Assembly (NCBI GenBank): GCA_051294375.1
Contig: CM119268.1
Span: 4,788,666 to 4,852,665, forward strand
Origin: Paraspadella gotoi
Taxonomy: Eukaryota; Animalia; Chaetognatha
DNA: 64,000 nucleotides
Direction: 5' to 3'
A program made the position numbers and the translations under genes. Of the stretch, positions 36,014 to 49,200 are shown one piece after another (positions within the stretch are counted from its first letter, which is position 1; each line of letters begins with the position of its first letter). The notes beneath the pieces were generated by a model, which had not been told where the DNA came from, did no database searches, and saw only the letters and a program-made list of their open reading frames with translations.

Positions 36014-38913
36014 GCGGAGATCCGTGAGGCAGAAGGTTGGGTCGTCGGCGGGGTCATCGGAGGAAGAGGAGGGGGAGAAGAAGGAGGAGGAGGAGACGAC
36101 GACGAGGACGGAGAAGCTGAGGAGGGAAAGTGGGCGTTGGTTGTTGTTGTTGTCGTTGCTTAAGCGTGTACGGGCACGCCCGATGGTTTTAGACCCCCGA
36201 TCATTTTCGTTATTTCGTTGTTTTAATTTTTTTTTTTTCTCGTAGAAAACTTTCGCACTTTCTCTTTCTCTCCCTTTTTGTGTTTCCCTTTCAGTGTCTC
36301 TCTTTCTCGCTCTCGCTCTCTTAATCTTACTTTTAGTGGAACAAATTTAAGGCATTTTTTTAATATAGTTCTATTTCTTTTTATTCGTAAACAAAAAACA
36401 TTCGTTTTTCATGAATTTTCTCTCCTTTTCTACGATTGCAGTTTGCTATCTTTCTCCAAAACTCACCAAAAAAAAGTCGCCCACTTTTTCATTATTCGTT
36501 TCACGGTTTTTAACTTGACGACGGTTTTGTAAGTTTGTATTTTTTCATCAGTGTATATTTAATTAAATAAAATGGTTCACTTCTGAAAAAAATTTTTCAT
36601 TCGTTTCCAAAAAGGGAAATTTTTTTTTTTTCGATTTCGCTGAGTAACGCAACTAAAAATTAAAAATTAATAAAACTAAAAATTAAAAACGAAGTCATTT
36701 AAAACTTAAAATTGTATCGGAAGAATGATCGTGCGTTTTTTTGTTTGTTTTTCTTTTGCTTTGTTACAGGATTCATTACCATTTTATTAACTACACATGT
36801 GTACAAAAAACAGTAAAACTTGGGTTCATCGAAGCTATGCTAAAATAAAAACAAGTTTGAAATTTTGTCTTACAATTGTTGTTCTTGGAAAAACGGGTTT
36901 GTTAAGTTATTTATTTATTTTCCCTTTTATTATGGTTTTAAAGTTTTTTCGAAAGCCGGCGGAGATTTGATTGAATAGACGACCGAGATATTAATAGTAT
37001 GGGCGGATAAAAGACCCATGCGTGAAAGCTTATTGGGGTCCTTATTTATCAATCTTTAATCAGGCTTAATATTTTAAAAAGTCACGTTGACGTACTTTCT
37101 TGACAAAGCCAGCGTCGGTCATCAATGATTATGTACCTTTTTCGAAAGTGGCCAGGGTTCGACAAACTATTTCTGAATATTATCATGAAAGCTACGGAAC
37201 AAATTAAACTCGTATTTCTGGAGCTTTAAGAGCCCAAGAGTGTCGCACCAGTCATGCAGCATACAATTGAACGAATTATTTAGATAAAATCTTGACTTGT
37301 GATTAATAATAAATATTATTTATTATTATATTATATATATTATTTATTATAAAGATTAATATGTAAAACGATAAAGTAAAAAAACTTTCCCGACCTCTGT
37401 CGCCCGCATCTCATGTCTGATAAATGTCTCGAAATAATTTAAAAATCCAGTCATGTACTTCATGCAATAACAAAAGAAATTATGAGAATATGTTACAGGA
37501 TAACGACCTCGGATCTGAAAATTAGGGAAACCCCGGTCTTGCTCTGACTGATTTCAAAACCGTTTTAAAACTTTTTTTTTTTCAATTGGATTCGGAGACA
37601 ATAAATAAAATATTTTACGAAAAATTTTGTAATATTGTTTGAGCTGCTATTTCCAATTACTGTTCAGACGAGTTCACACTAGTTTTTTTTTTTTCGCGGA
37701 TAAATTTAGAAATGACTTGTCATATCCTCATGATCGCTTAAGCGATTGCCCTTTGTTTATTAACTACTGTTTCACCAACTTCGTCTGGAGTTCGATGTAC
37801 AAAAGATCAATGTTTACAACCATAAGGATTACGCGAAAGATTCAGTTTCGTCGGAATATGTAATAATTATGTATCACTTATTTTTTTAATTTTTTATTTC
37901 TGGTTAGGATTCCTTTCGTTTTTTTTCTCGAAAAGTGTTGAAAAGATCCAAATACAGTCGACAGTTAGAGATAAAAATTTTCGGTTGGAATAAAGAAAAA
38001 ATAAAGAATAATGAAAATAAAAATTTATTTGATATCTGGGAGTTTTTTTTATCAACGTTTATTATTTCGAAAGTAAATTGATTTAAGTTCTGACAACTTA
38101 TGATTATTCGTGATTATTTGTACCGTTGTCTTTTGCGATTAACATCTGTGTTGTAATATTAATAACCGTGATTATTTGTTCACTGTACCTAGAGATCATT
38201 TGTAACCGCGACCCATGGCCTACCCCGGCCCGTCTTTTTAATTAAATCAAAATCTAAATTACGCAACTTGACGAAAAGTAAGTCATTGTTCGGTAAGTAA
38301 AGTAGTGGGGAAAAGAAGGGGGAGACAGTGGTGAGTCCTGTCAAATGGCCATAGGTCAAGGTTGACCCCTTTACTTTATCCCCAATTCGAAAGATATTTC
38401 GCCTCACGTCGCGCTTTCCCTATTTTTTGGTCAATAATTCTTGCGGCCATTTTTACTCTCGATATCCGCGTGAATTTAAGCGTTGATTTCAGTCAAGCTT
38501 CTTATGAAACTTACAAAGTGTTTTGCCTGGAGAAACATCGAGTTTCCGAATTAAACGTTTCAAACTTTAATTTATTTCCTTGGCGACTCACATTGAGACA
38601 TTTCGTTACGACAAAACATCAGACGCTCGTCCCCGCTAGCGTTAGAATAAGGCTTTTTTTCACACAAATCGTTTTGTTTCCATTTGTGATTTGTTGATCG
38701 CGTTTGTCTTTGGTTAAAGTCGTCAATTTCGGAAAAAACCAGGAGTCAAAGTTACTATACAAATCCGCCATTTTTCCGGCATAAGATGAGTTGAGTTAGA
38801 TTTTTTGGGAAAGTTTTTTGTTCTTTCTTTATGCGTACTCAATCTAGTAGCGATATCTGATTCTGCAGCAGGCATTATGGTACCACAGTCCACACTGTAA
38901 ATAGTGTCAATTC

Positions 38914-39525
38914 TAATGTCAGGCGCTATCGTCAGGCATTGCTATATTTTTAATGTCAGGCGCTATTTTCAGGCATTTCTATAATTCTAGTATCAGGCGC
39001 TATCGTCAGGCATTGCTATATTACTTATGTCAGACGCAATCGTCAGGCATTGATATATTTCTAATGTCAGGCGCAATCATTAGGCATTGCTATATTTCTA
39101 CTGTCAGGCGCTTTCATCAGGCATTGCAATATTTCTAATGTCAGGCGCAATCGTCAGGCATTGATATAATTCTACTGTCAGGCGCAATCGTAGTCATTGC
39201 TATATTTCTACTGTCAGGCGCTTTCGTCAGGCATTGCAATATTTCTAATGTCAGGCGCAATCGTCAGGCATTGCTATATTTCTACTGTCAGGCACAATCG
39301 CAGGCATTGCTATATTTATACTGTCAGCCGCTTTCGTCAGGCATTGCTATATTTATACTGTCAGGCGCTTTCGTCAGGCATTGCTATATTTCTACTGTCA
39401 GGCGCTTTCGTCCGGCATTGCAATATTTCTGTCAGGCGCAATGCAATCAAGGCAATCATCAGGCATTGCCATATTTCTAATGTCAGGCGCAATCGTCAGG
39501 CATTGCTATATTTCTACTGTCAGAC
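38914..39525. repeat. Minisatellite, ~41-bp unit (tgtcaggcgcaatcgtcaggcattgctatatttctac)
   Basis: About 15 head-to-tail units, each holding two tcaggc sub-repeats. Confidence 0.95.
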
Positions 39526-39657
39526 GATATCATCTAACGATTTAGGCTTCCATCTTTCTTCTCCTTTCGTCTCTTCGAAAAAAAAAACTTTTTCTCCCCG
39601 TTTCTGACGCGATTTCGGTTAAGTCTATCTATAAATCTTTATCAATTCACGATCATT

Positions 39658-39710
<53 letters not shown>

Positions 39711-40619
39711 TGGTGAAAGAATTTATTGTTTCTAATAACTCAAATCAACCTACCAATCAATTAGTTAACACTATCGCCATTTATAAATCCACTCTCAATA
39801 CAACGTTATCTCTATGTCTCAGTTAACCTCAAATAAACGTACGATTAATTCATAAACATATTTTATTTGCAGGATAAAAGATACAGGTGAGCAGGATAGA
39901 AGGGCTCAACAAACTTAAACAGACATACGAACAGACGTTTAAACAATACTGACAATCGGACAGCCAGAACGGAGAAACGGACAGACAAAGTAAGGCCGCA
40001 AAACTTAAGCGCCACCCGATCGAATTGTCAGTCGCTCAGCTGCTTCTTTCATCAAAAACATTTACTTTGCTTTTCTTTCTTTTCTTTTTTTTTTTGCCGC
40101 CAAAAAATTGAGTTTCTGTCAATTTTCTTTTTTTCTCGTTGAAACACGAAGACGAAGGAAAAGGGAGGAAAGAAAAGGGAAAAGAATAAAAAGAAAAGGA
40201 AAAGAAAAAAAAGAAAAGAAAAGAAATGGGAGAGAAAAAAGAAAAAGGACGATAAAAAAAAAATAGGGGAAAAAAATTAAGTATTTTTGAAAATTGAAGA
40301 GTCTTGACAGGATTTTCATCAAACTTATTTTTGCAACAAATTTTGTTGAACGAAATTCGTGAAATTATTTTTGGTTCAATCTTAGTTAAGTAATATTTTC
40401 TATCAAGGATGAATTCTGTTAAAGTATAGAATAGTATAAGTATCATTAAAATCTAACATTACTTTTAAAAAATATACATATACAATTAAACATGTCTGAT
40501 AACATAAAGTGTATTTTTAAAAAAACATTATAGTCTTTACACATCAACAAGTTTTCGAATTCGTTGAAATGAAGGTATAATTTCTTGATGACTACGTAGT
40601 TGATGTATATGAGAGAGAT

Positions 40620-40683
<64 letters not shown>

Positions 40684-41060
40684 CCATTGGGAGAAAAGCA
40701 ACAGTTTTTGCTTTTTTTATCCCGCCCCCTTTTACGGAACTCAGAAAATACACGACATCATCTGTCACATTCAAGACGGCCGTAATTTCACGGTCATACG
40801 AGTCAATAGGCGTCAATGATAAACTTCTTTCGCTTTCAACTTTAAATCCTTTACATTTTCTTTCCTTTTTCCTTTCAATTATTCTCCTTTTGTTTACATT
40901 TTTAGCGAATCGCGTACATATTTTTAGAACTTCGCTCGGCTCCTGGCTCTCCCAGGTTCGATTTGCCCCTACTCCCCCCTTTTAACCCCGCCCCTAACCC
41001 CTCGAGGCTCATCCCCCTCCCTCGACTCACTCCAACCTCCTCGAGGCTCCACCAACCCCC

Positions 41061-41676
41061 CAGTAAGGCGTAGTAAAATTTTCTAAATTTAACTTTAATT
41101 AAAATTCTAAAAGTTAGAACGAACAACATTATACTAATGAACATTTATGTAATAAAAAAATTTATAATAAATTTTACAATTTACGCAGTAGGCCATAATT
41201 ATACTAGTACTAAACCAATAAATGTTAAAAATTTAAAAACAGTTTTTTCTAAGATTTTTTTGCAGATTTGGATTCGTTATAAAAAGTTGATAAAAAGAAA
41301 TATAACTCTTTTTGAAAAATTCTTTCATTAAGTGGGTCAAAAATTAGAAAAGTTATATTTTAAGCTGAAAATTAACTTTTTATATATTGATTATAGTTTT
41401 TTAAATTTTTAACCCACTTTATGAAAGAATTTTTAAAAATGTTTTTATATTTTCTTTTATCAACTTTTGACGAAGAATTCAAATCTGCAATTAAAATTAA
41501 GAAAAGCCTATTTTGAAATTGTTCGATTTTATAAGGATAGTACTATATATAAATATAGCCTACTGCAAAAATTAAAAAATATAAAATTAGTTTTTTTTAC
41601 AAATTAATGTTCACTGATGGTATGTTGCTCATAATTGACTTTTAGAATTTTCGTATGTAACTTTCACTACGCCTTA
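41061..41676 (-). mobile_element. MITE-like DNA element with TIR gtaaggcgtagt / actacgccttac
   Basis: Perfect 12-bp TIR; third copy of this family in the window. Confidence 0.8.
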
Positions 41677-41814
41677 CCCCCCAGCTCACTACCAACCCCC
41701 TCGAAAAAGAATCCTGGGCAACGTTAAACAGGAGACGATGAACCGAAGCAAAACGTCAACTTCGATTTTGGTGGCAAAAACTTGATAAGTAAATAACAGA
41801 TGAGAGAGAGAGAG

Positions 41815-41958
41815 NNNNNNNNNNNNNNNNNNNNNNNNNNNNNNNNNNNNNNNNNNNNNNNNNNNNNNNNNNNNNNNNNNNNNNNNNNNNNNNNNNNNNN
41901 NNNNNNNNNNNNNNNNNNNNNNNNNNNNNNNNNNNNNNNNNNNNNNNNNNNNNNNNNN
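41815..41958. other. Assembly gap within an (AG)n tract
   Basis: Run of N. Confidence 1.
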
Positions 41959-43111
41959 GAGAGAGATGAACGTCTCGAATTTATGAAAGGTTTTGGAAAT
42001 AACTTTCATACTTTACGTTACGTTCAATCTTACTACAACTACAAGACTTTTTCGAAATATGAAAAGATTCTCCCTTTTTTTTGGTCATTTTAATTTTTTT
42101 ATTTTTAATTAAATTTTTCCAAAAAAAACAAAATCGCGTAAATTTTCATGTTTTTAATTTTCGAATGAAAATGAAGAACGAAATTTAAAAAAAAAAAGGG
42201 AAGGGTCTGTTTACGCGAAGCCGTCGACATTAACCATTTACTATTATTGTATTTTTTTTTAACAACAAAATCTCGCGTCGGAGGTTAAAACCTTTTTTTT
42301 GCAATTTTCGATCTCTAAGAAGGCGAAGATGGAGGTGGAACTTTAATGGCATCATATTGTGGACGCAACTAGTTGCTTCCACAATATATTATTATTATTA
42401 TTATACGATGATTGGTTGAGTTATAAGAATTCATCTCTTTAGCTTTTTCATCTTTTTATTTCGTCCCTTTTAACAATTTTTTTTTAATTTTTCAAAAGGT
42501 TTTTAACAGCTAAAACTTTTAAAACCTTTAAAAGTTTTTAAAGTTTTAAACAATTTTGTTTTAAAAGGAAAACAAACTCGTCTGAAAAGCTTACTCCTAT
42601 GAATTGTTAGAGGGAGGTGGAAAAAACATCGCTTATGAACAACGAGACATCCGTCTTAATTTTTGCGTTTTTTTTTTCTTGCTGTTTCATGATGATTAAA
42701 CAGACTTTTTCCACTGTTCTGTACAGTCACCATTCGACCGTACTGCTCGGTCACCGTTCGAAATCAAGGTCACACAATGACGCAGAATTGCCCAGCGCCA
42801 ATTTCGTCGGCTCTGGCAACTAATCATCCTTGGCGTCACGCTGCTACATTCTGATCATTAATATCCATAGCAACCCTGGTAAATATGTAAATTAATTCAA
42901 GAAGAGATCTCGGCGAAATAATAGGTGCATCGTTGAAAGATGACGACGACGCAAAAAAATTATTATGTCGACAAAGACAACGTGTTTTAGGGATGGCAAC
43001 GACGACGTCATAGATGACGAAAAGATGATAACAACAACAACTCGAGACTTGAATGATTTATCGCCTCCAGCATCTAAGTCATTCCACTTTTTCGATGTGA
43101 ATCTCCTGAGA

Positions 43112-43150
<39 letters not shown>

Positions 43151-43153
43151 TCG

Positions 43154-43197
<44 letters not shown>

Positions 43198-44494
43198 ACT
43201 CTCATCTCTCTATCTCTCTATCTCCCTCTCTTCAGACGGTGAACATCCTTCCAACCGCAGCGTCACGCAGCTCTTAACCTGAGTCGCCCTATTCCCCCCC
43301 CCGCCCTCCCCTCCCTTTCATTTATTCATTTATTTTCTTTTAATTTTTTTTATTTGCTTCCTAGAGTCGCTTCTAACGTAAAAAAAATATTCTCTCCCTT
43401 TTTTAATTAAGATTTATTCAGATTTACGCTGGGTGCTTTTTTAATAATAAAGAGGCCACGGACGTTCGGGCAAATCGTAATTTTAATAAATTAAGAGAAT
43501 GAGTCCGGAGAGAGAGAGAGGAGAGAAGAGAGAGAGAGATGAGAGAGAGAGAGAGAAGAGAGGAGGGAAGAGAGAGAGAGAAACTGGGCGTCGCGAAATC
43601 CGTTAAGTGACAATACGAATTGTAATTAAATATTGGTTTTATGTATTTCTATATTGATGGTGGGATTTCTACGTCTGGGTGGTGAAAATCTGGTTACGTG
43701 AGAGCGAGCTGTGAAAGGGAAAGTGAGTGTGAAAGTGAGAATCTGGGGATGTGAAAGCGAGCAGTTAAAGGCAAAGTGAGAGAGAAAGGGACTGTGAGAC
43801 GGAAAGTAAGAATCTATATAGTGAATGAAAAAAAAGTTAATGACTTTGTGAGATTTTCGGCTAGCTCCACTACATACAGTCGATTTTATTTAAAATAAAT
43901 TACTGTACGTAACGTTAATTACCAAATTCATTTTCCCATAAACTATATCTAAAATTAAACTTGATCGTTATTGGACGATGCTTATGATTTAATGCATGGT
44001 TTTGTTAAAATGGGAAATATTTAACTTCACTTATAACCCGTTTGTTATTACGCTATTTCCACCTCGTTGAATGTTTTTTTCTTTTCCTCTTCCTCCTCTT
44101 CATCTTCTTTCTCCTGTTCTTCCTCCTCTTCCTCCTCTTTCTCCTCCTTCTGCCACAAGAGCGACGCGACGCGGTCGACAAAAAAAGTTGAAACAAAAGA
44201 CGTGACGAGAGAAGGTCGCGCGGCGAGATTTTTTTAACTATTAAAAAAAAAGAATATCGAATCGCGAATTTTAAATTTTATTTTTCAAAATTAATCGTCA
44301 AGAAAAAAACGTTTTTCAGCGTCACTTCCTTTTTCATTATTCATTGTGAGAGATTTATTGTTCAAAAAAAAAAAGAAAGAATAGGCGAAGAAAGTAAACA
44401 ATAAATTTTCAAAAGAAATCTGATCCATGGGTTCTACAGAGTGTCTCAAGCGTACTGTCACTTTACAAAAGAACGCTGTGTCAAATTGATAAGG

Positions 44495-45150
44495 TGAAGA
44501 GACAGTAATTATTGTGATGTGTTAGTGACAGAACCGTTCAATATAAGCAGTCCCTGAGCTTCGGATCAGGCTGTAACACCATGTTACAGGCGGATTAAGC
44601 GCCCCGTCCCTCTTAACTGCCAGACGCCCACCGGGCTAGAACCCCTGACCTTTGGGTTGGGAGGCGAATGACTTGCCTCCGGCACCAATGGCCGCTGATG
44701 AACGGTTGGTGGATTTTAGTCCACCATACATCCCCCACTCCCGTAGGGAGAAGTCTGTTGCGTCTCTTCAGTGAATTGTTGTTGTTGGTGGAAAGTTCGT
44801 CACCAAGTTGAGGCATGTCGTCTGATGTGTCGTGGGCGGAAAGTGCATCGCCAGGTTGAGGCATGTCGCCTGAAAGTGTTGTTGTTGCTGTTGTGTTCGG
44901 AAGTCGGGCTCACCAATGAAGAGACAGTAATTATTGATAAGTGTTAATGACAGAACCGTTCAATATAAGCAGTCCCTGAGCTTCGGATCAGGCTGTAACA
45001 CCATGTTACAGGCGGGTTAAGCGCCCCGTCCCTCTTAACTGCCAGACGACCACCGGGCTAGAACCCCGGACCTTTGGGTTGGGAGGCGAATGACTTGCCT
45101 CTGGCACCAATGGCCGCTGATGAACGGTTGGTGGATTTTAGTCCACCATA
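44495..45150 (-). mobile_element. Complete TRIM (non-autonomous miniature LTR retrotransposon) with tRNA-derived LTRs
   Basis: Two 234-bp direct repeats (44495-44728, 44917-45150) flank a 188-bp interior. On the minus strand a PBS-like TGGTGAGCCCG lies 1 nt after the 5' LTR and a PPT GGGAGTGGGGGATG precedes the 3' LTR. The TSD is AAGG (4 bp). Confidence 0.9.
45046..45117 (-). promoter_or_regulatory. tRNA-Gly-like module (Pol III A/B-box-like) inside the LTR; also present in the other two LTR copies
   Basis: Reads GCGGCCA...TGGTGCCAGAGG...TTCGC-CTCCCAA...CCGGG-GTTCTAG-CCCGG-TGGTCGT. The acceptor and T stems pair and the loop carries CCC, but the anticodon stem is broken, so it is not a functional tRNA. 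Confidence 0.65.
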
Positions 45151-46089
45151 AAGGTATATTTGATAAAACCCCCGGAAAGATAAGTTCATACTGTTTTTTT
45201 TGGTATCTATATCATCATGTTTATTTGTATCACTATACCATTTAACTAAGTAGCTGAAAAAATGTTATAAGGTAGTTGGAAAGATTTGAATATTTTAAAA
45301 TTGACGAAAAGTATTTTCGTCATTGACTTTGAGTGCTGATAAATTGTGATGTAATTGTTTGAATTTAAAAATGAAGACATCTTATAAAACTGTAAGAACT
45401 TTTGGATTCAACGAGTACAGTAAATGCATTTTTTTATAACTGTTCTGATTCATTGTATTCATTTTCAAAGTGAAAGTACGCTTGAGACACTCTGTACTTG
45501 AATCGGTTATATTAAACTTTTAATAATCTTTCAAATTAATCATTAAATAAAAAGTGCAATGCTCCATTATGAACCAAAAGCAATTACGTTTTGAAATAAT
45601 GAAACTAATTTTTCGGTTTAAACGAAACATAAAAGGCCGAACTATGAAATAAAAAAATGAGAACTTTATAAAATAGCTTTTTTAATTGATAAAAGTTCCA
45701 TCTTTTGTTTTTTTTTATGTTTTATTTTTTATTTAAAATAAATTTTTTTTTTATTTCATCATAAATCTGACGTGAAGAACAACTCGTAACATTCGGAATA
45801 CGTACGCTGTCTCATTTCCGGCTCTCATCGAATTTATTGCTCAAAAAGTATCAAATCAATTATAAATTTTGATGCGATGGGCCATATTACTACATTGAAA
45901 TCTTAAGCATAAACTATCTCTCTCTTTTTCTCTCTCTCTCTCTCCCTGTAACTTATAATAAATTAAAGATATAATCTGTAAACAATATACTCGTTGGGTG
46001 GAAAGCAGTTCGCAGCTGTGACCGTTAGACGTTATTAAGTCCTTACATTATTCCATAGAAAATAAGTTCATTTCCATTCTCTCCCATCT

Positions 46090-46183
<94 letters not shown>

Positions 46184-48934
46184 TTATCCACGATTCAGAT
46201 TCAAATTCCGATTTTTGTTTTTAGATTAAATCTTCTTTTTTTTTAAACTTCTGCGTGAAATTTTTCTGGGCAGCGATGCATCATAGCGTCACCTAATTGA
46301 GTTTTTGGTCGGTCAGTCATTCGACACTTAACATTAATGACGAAAACAAGTCAAAACATATCAAAAATATATACAAAGAAAAACCTTTGAAAAAAATATA
46401 AAAAAGCAATATAAATTATCAAAGAAAGAAAAGGGAAAATAAGGGAAAAAATGGAAAAATTAGAAACAAAATATTTAAAAGATATAAATAGAACAATATT
46501 TTTAAAAAAAATTAAATAAAAATAAATAAATAAGAAACAGGAAAATGAAAAATAAGAATAGAGGAAAAAAGTAAAAAGAAAATATAAGAGAAAGAAAAGG
46601 AGCAAAAGAGAAAAAAAACAGAAAAAAAAAGAAAGATGAAAAATAGAAAATAACAAAAATTTACAAAAGAAAAACATAAAAAAATGTTACGTTTGGCCCG
46701 TTTTTTTTTCAAGAAGGTCGACGCTCAGCCCATTTTTAAGCTTCCTTCCTCTCCCGACCGAAAAAAAAAATTCCCCCAAAAAACATAACGAGCATCGAAG
46801 TGTTCGTAAAATCCCTGCAATGATCCCAAGAACGATTTGCGAGGGCGGGCTCCGTCGCAAATCCGAAACTCGCGCGACCGAGAGCGAGCGGACAAACGCA
46901 CGGAAAAAAAAACAGACAAAACCGACAGATCGACAGACTCCAAAGGCAAACAAAATGACAGAAGACAGACAAGGCCCAAGACAACGCACACCAAAAAAAA
47001 GGACAGAAAGACCTTTTTGTATGGAGCCGGAAAAAGAAAGGAGATTCCATTAATCTTTTTTCGAGCCAAGATTCCGAAATCGAAGCAAAACAATCACAAC
47101 GGAATTAATTTCATTCTCGGAAAATAGAAGGATGGGGGGGGGGGAAGAGAGAAACGAATAGTTCGGTGAACTTTATGAGTTTCATGAGATGACTTATAAA
47201 AACTGCATTTCTTTGCAAATGTTTAATATTGGCCACAGTACATGCCTCTCCACTCAGTACCTAAGTTAGGAGTTACATGGAAAGCACTAGACAGATTACA
47301 TTTTATTGAAACGAATGGATGATTTTTCAGTATATCGGTTGTCTGTAACCAATTTTATTGGACAGATTCATCTTGAACTCATTTGATGAAGCAATTATTG
47401 CGTGCAAGAAAAGACGCTGGAGTTTTCCCCGCCTACCCCAGGTGACACAGGAGTGGTTGCTGTCTTCTTTTGAGGAAAAGGTCATGCCTCCCCCCTTCTC
47501 ATTTTCTTTTACGGTCATACCATTTGTTTTCAAAAAAAAAAAATGCTTCTGAGTTTTTAAATTGCATTTCAAAGTAAAAGTAACTAAACTTTCGAACAAA
47601 TTAAAATTTTGTGAGTTTTTTGAAGGTTGTCATTTGAGAGATTTTTTTCAAATTTTTAAAAAAATAAGATTACACTAGACAAGAAGGACAACTTTTGTTT
47701 TGCATTATTTTTTTTTAATTTAAAATTAAGTTTAAGTTAAGGTTATGGTTAAGGTTATAAGTATGAAAATAAATTAGGTTAAATATTATGGTTAAAGATT
47801 TTGGGATAAAGGACAGAAATAGAGCACTCTCGGAAAGAGAAAGCCAAATTTAATTTCTTTCATTTCATATGTATTTTCCTCTAAGAAATAACTTTTGAAA
47901 ATCAATAAGATCCATCTATCGCTTTATTCCCTGATAGTACAATCTATATAAAAATGATCCATTCATTTAATATATAAGATATCCTTCCCCTGTCGTTGGC
48001 TTGGCAATCATAGCCTGGCGATGGTAGGATAAGGCATCCATCTCTTTGACAAGACAATAACATAGCAGAACCCTGACAGCTTTCAATCAAGGATCTCACA
48101 GTCTAGTGATGTCAAAACCGTTAAACGGGCGATGTCTTTAATGTTTGAGCTCACGTCACGGGTGTGAAGTTGAGAAATACTTTTAACGCCTCCCATCACG
48201 AAGGCTTGGATTGGTGATCGAGTACTTTGCTGTCCGAGCTGAGTTTCACCAAGCTATAAGGGATTCGCCATAACCTCATAATATATAAAAGACTGAACAG
48301 AAATTTTCTTGAGGACTAAGGCTATGTCTGATTTTTTAAATTTTTTAAAATTGTCTTCAGGATAAGACTACTAAGTAGAATCGTATGCACTATTATATCA
48401 TATAATCCGCTTCGTACATTAAAAAAAAAACGACTTAAACGTTTAGAACAAAATAAACAGGACAACGACCAAAACAAAGACGACCAACTTTTAAAGGTCG
48501 ACAAGACGCAAAGACGACGACGACGACGACGACGACGACAGAGACTGTCAAAGACGCGACGTGTGACCTTCGGGCGAGTGAGGAAGGAAGATAGATGACA
48601 ATTAACGATGAGGACCACGACGACACTGTTGATGATAATGATAATGACGACTGGATGATAATGATAACGATGATTTTTATAAGGCAACTGAATAAGAGTT
48701 AAAGGGTAGACAATGACAAGACAACGATATAAAAAAGAACCAATGATGAAAAAATAGATGACAACGACGACAGCTTCGCTCCAAAACCACGAGGACAGGG
48801 AAGACTTGAAAACTTGTCTCAAGTTCCCATCAAAATTTAACTCCTACGTTTTCTCTTTTCCTTCCAAGAAATGACCTTCGAAATGGAGACGATTCCATCG
48901 GCGCCCATTTTCGGCGACACCGGAATCACGCCAA

Positions 48935-49200
48935 TAAATCGCGCCGGTTTTCGATTTGCGATAAAGATTCGCGCCGGTTTATGAAGGCGCCAAAAAATCG
49001 CGCCGGTTTAGGATGGCGCCAAAGAATTGCACCGGTTTACGAAGGCGCCAAAAAATCGCGCCGGTTTAGGATGGCGCCAAAGAATTGCGCCGGTTTAGGA
49101 TGGCGCCAAAGAATAGCGCCGGTTTAAGATGGCGCCAAAAAATCGCGCCGGTTTACGAAGGCGCCAAAGAATCGCGCCGGTTTTCGACGGCGCTCCCGAG
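48935..49200. repeat. CpG-rich ~30-bp tandem repeat (aatcgcgccggtttacgaaggcgccaaag)
   Basis: About 8 units located ~0.9 kb upstream of the first recognised GPCR coding exon. Confidence 0.9.

Larger units (their letters stand above)
44437..45494. mobile_element. Tc1/mariner-type MITE (TA TSD, ~28-bp TIR) hosting the TRIM
   Basis: TA|cagagtgtctcaagcgtactgtcacttt ... aaagtgaaagtacgcttgagacactctg|TA. Confidence 0.85.

Noticed and set aside
38914-39525. Regular ~41-bp periodicity resembling a CRISPR array
   Set aside because: There are no unique spacers (whole units repeat), no cas genes, and the context is eukaryotic. It is a minisatellite.
45046-45117. Functional tRNA-Gly gene
   Set aside because: The anticodon stem does not pair, the T-loop is atypical, and the sequence is embedded in LTRs.
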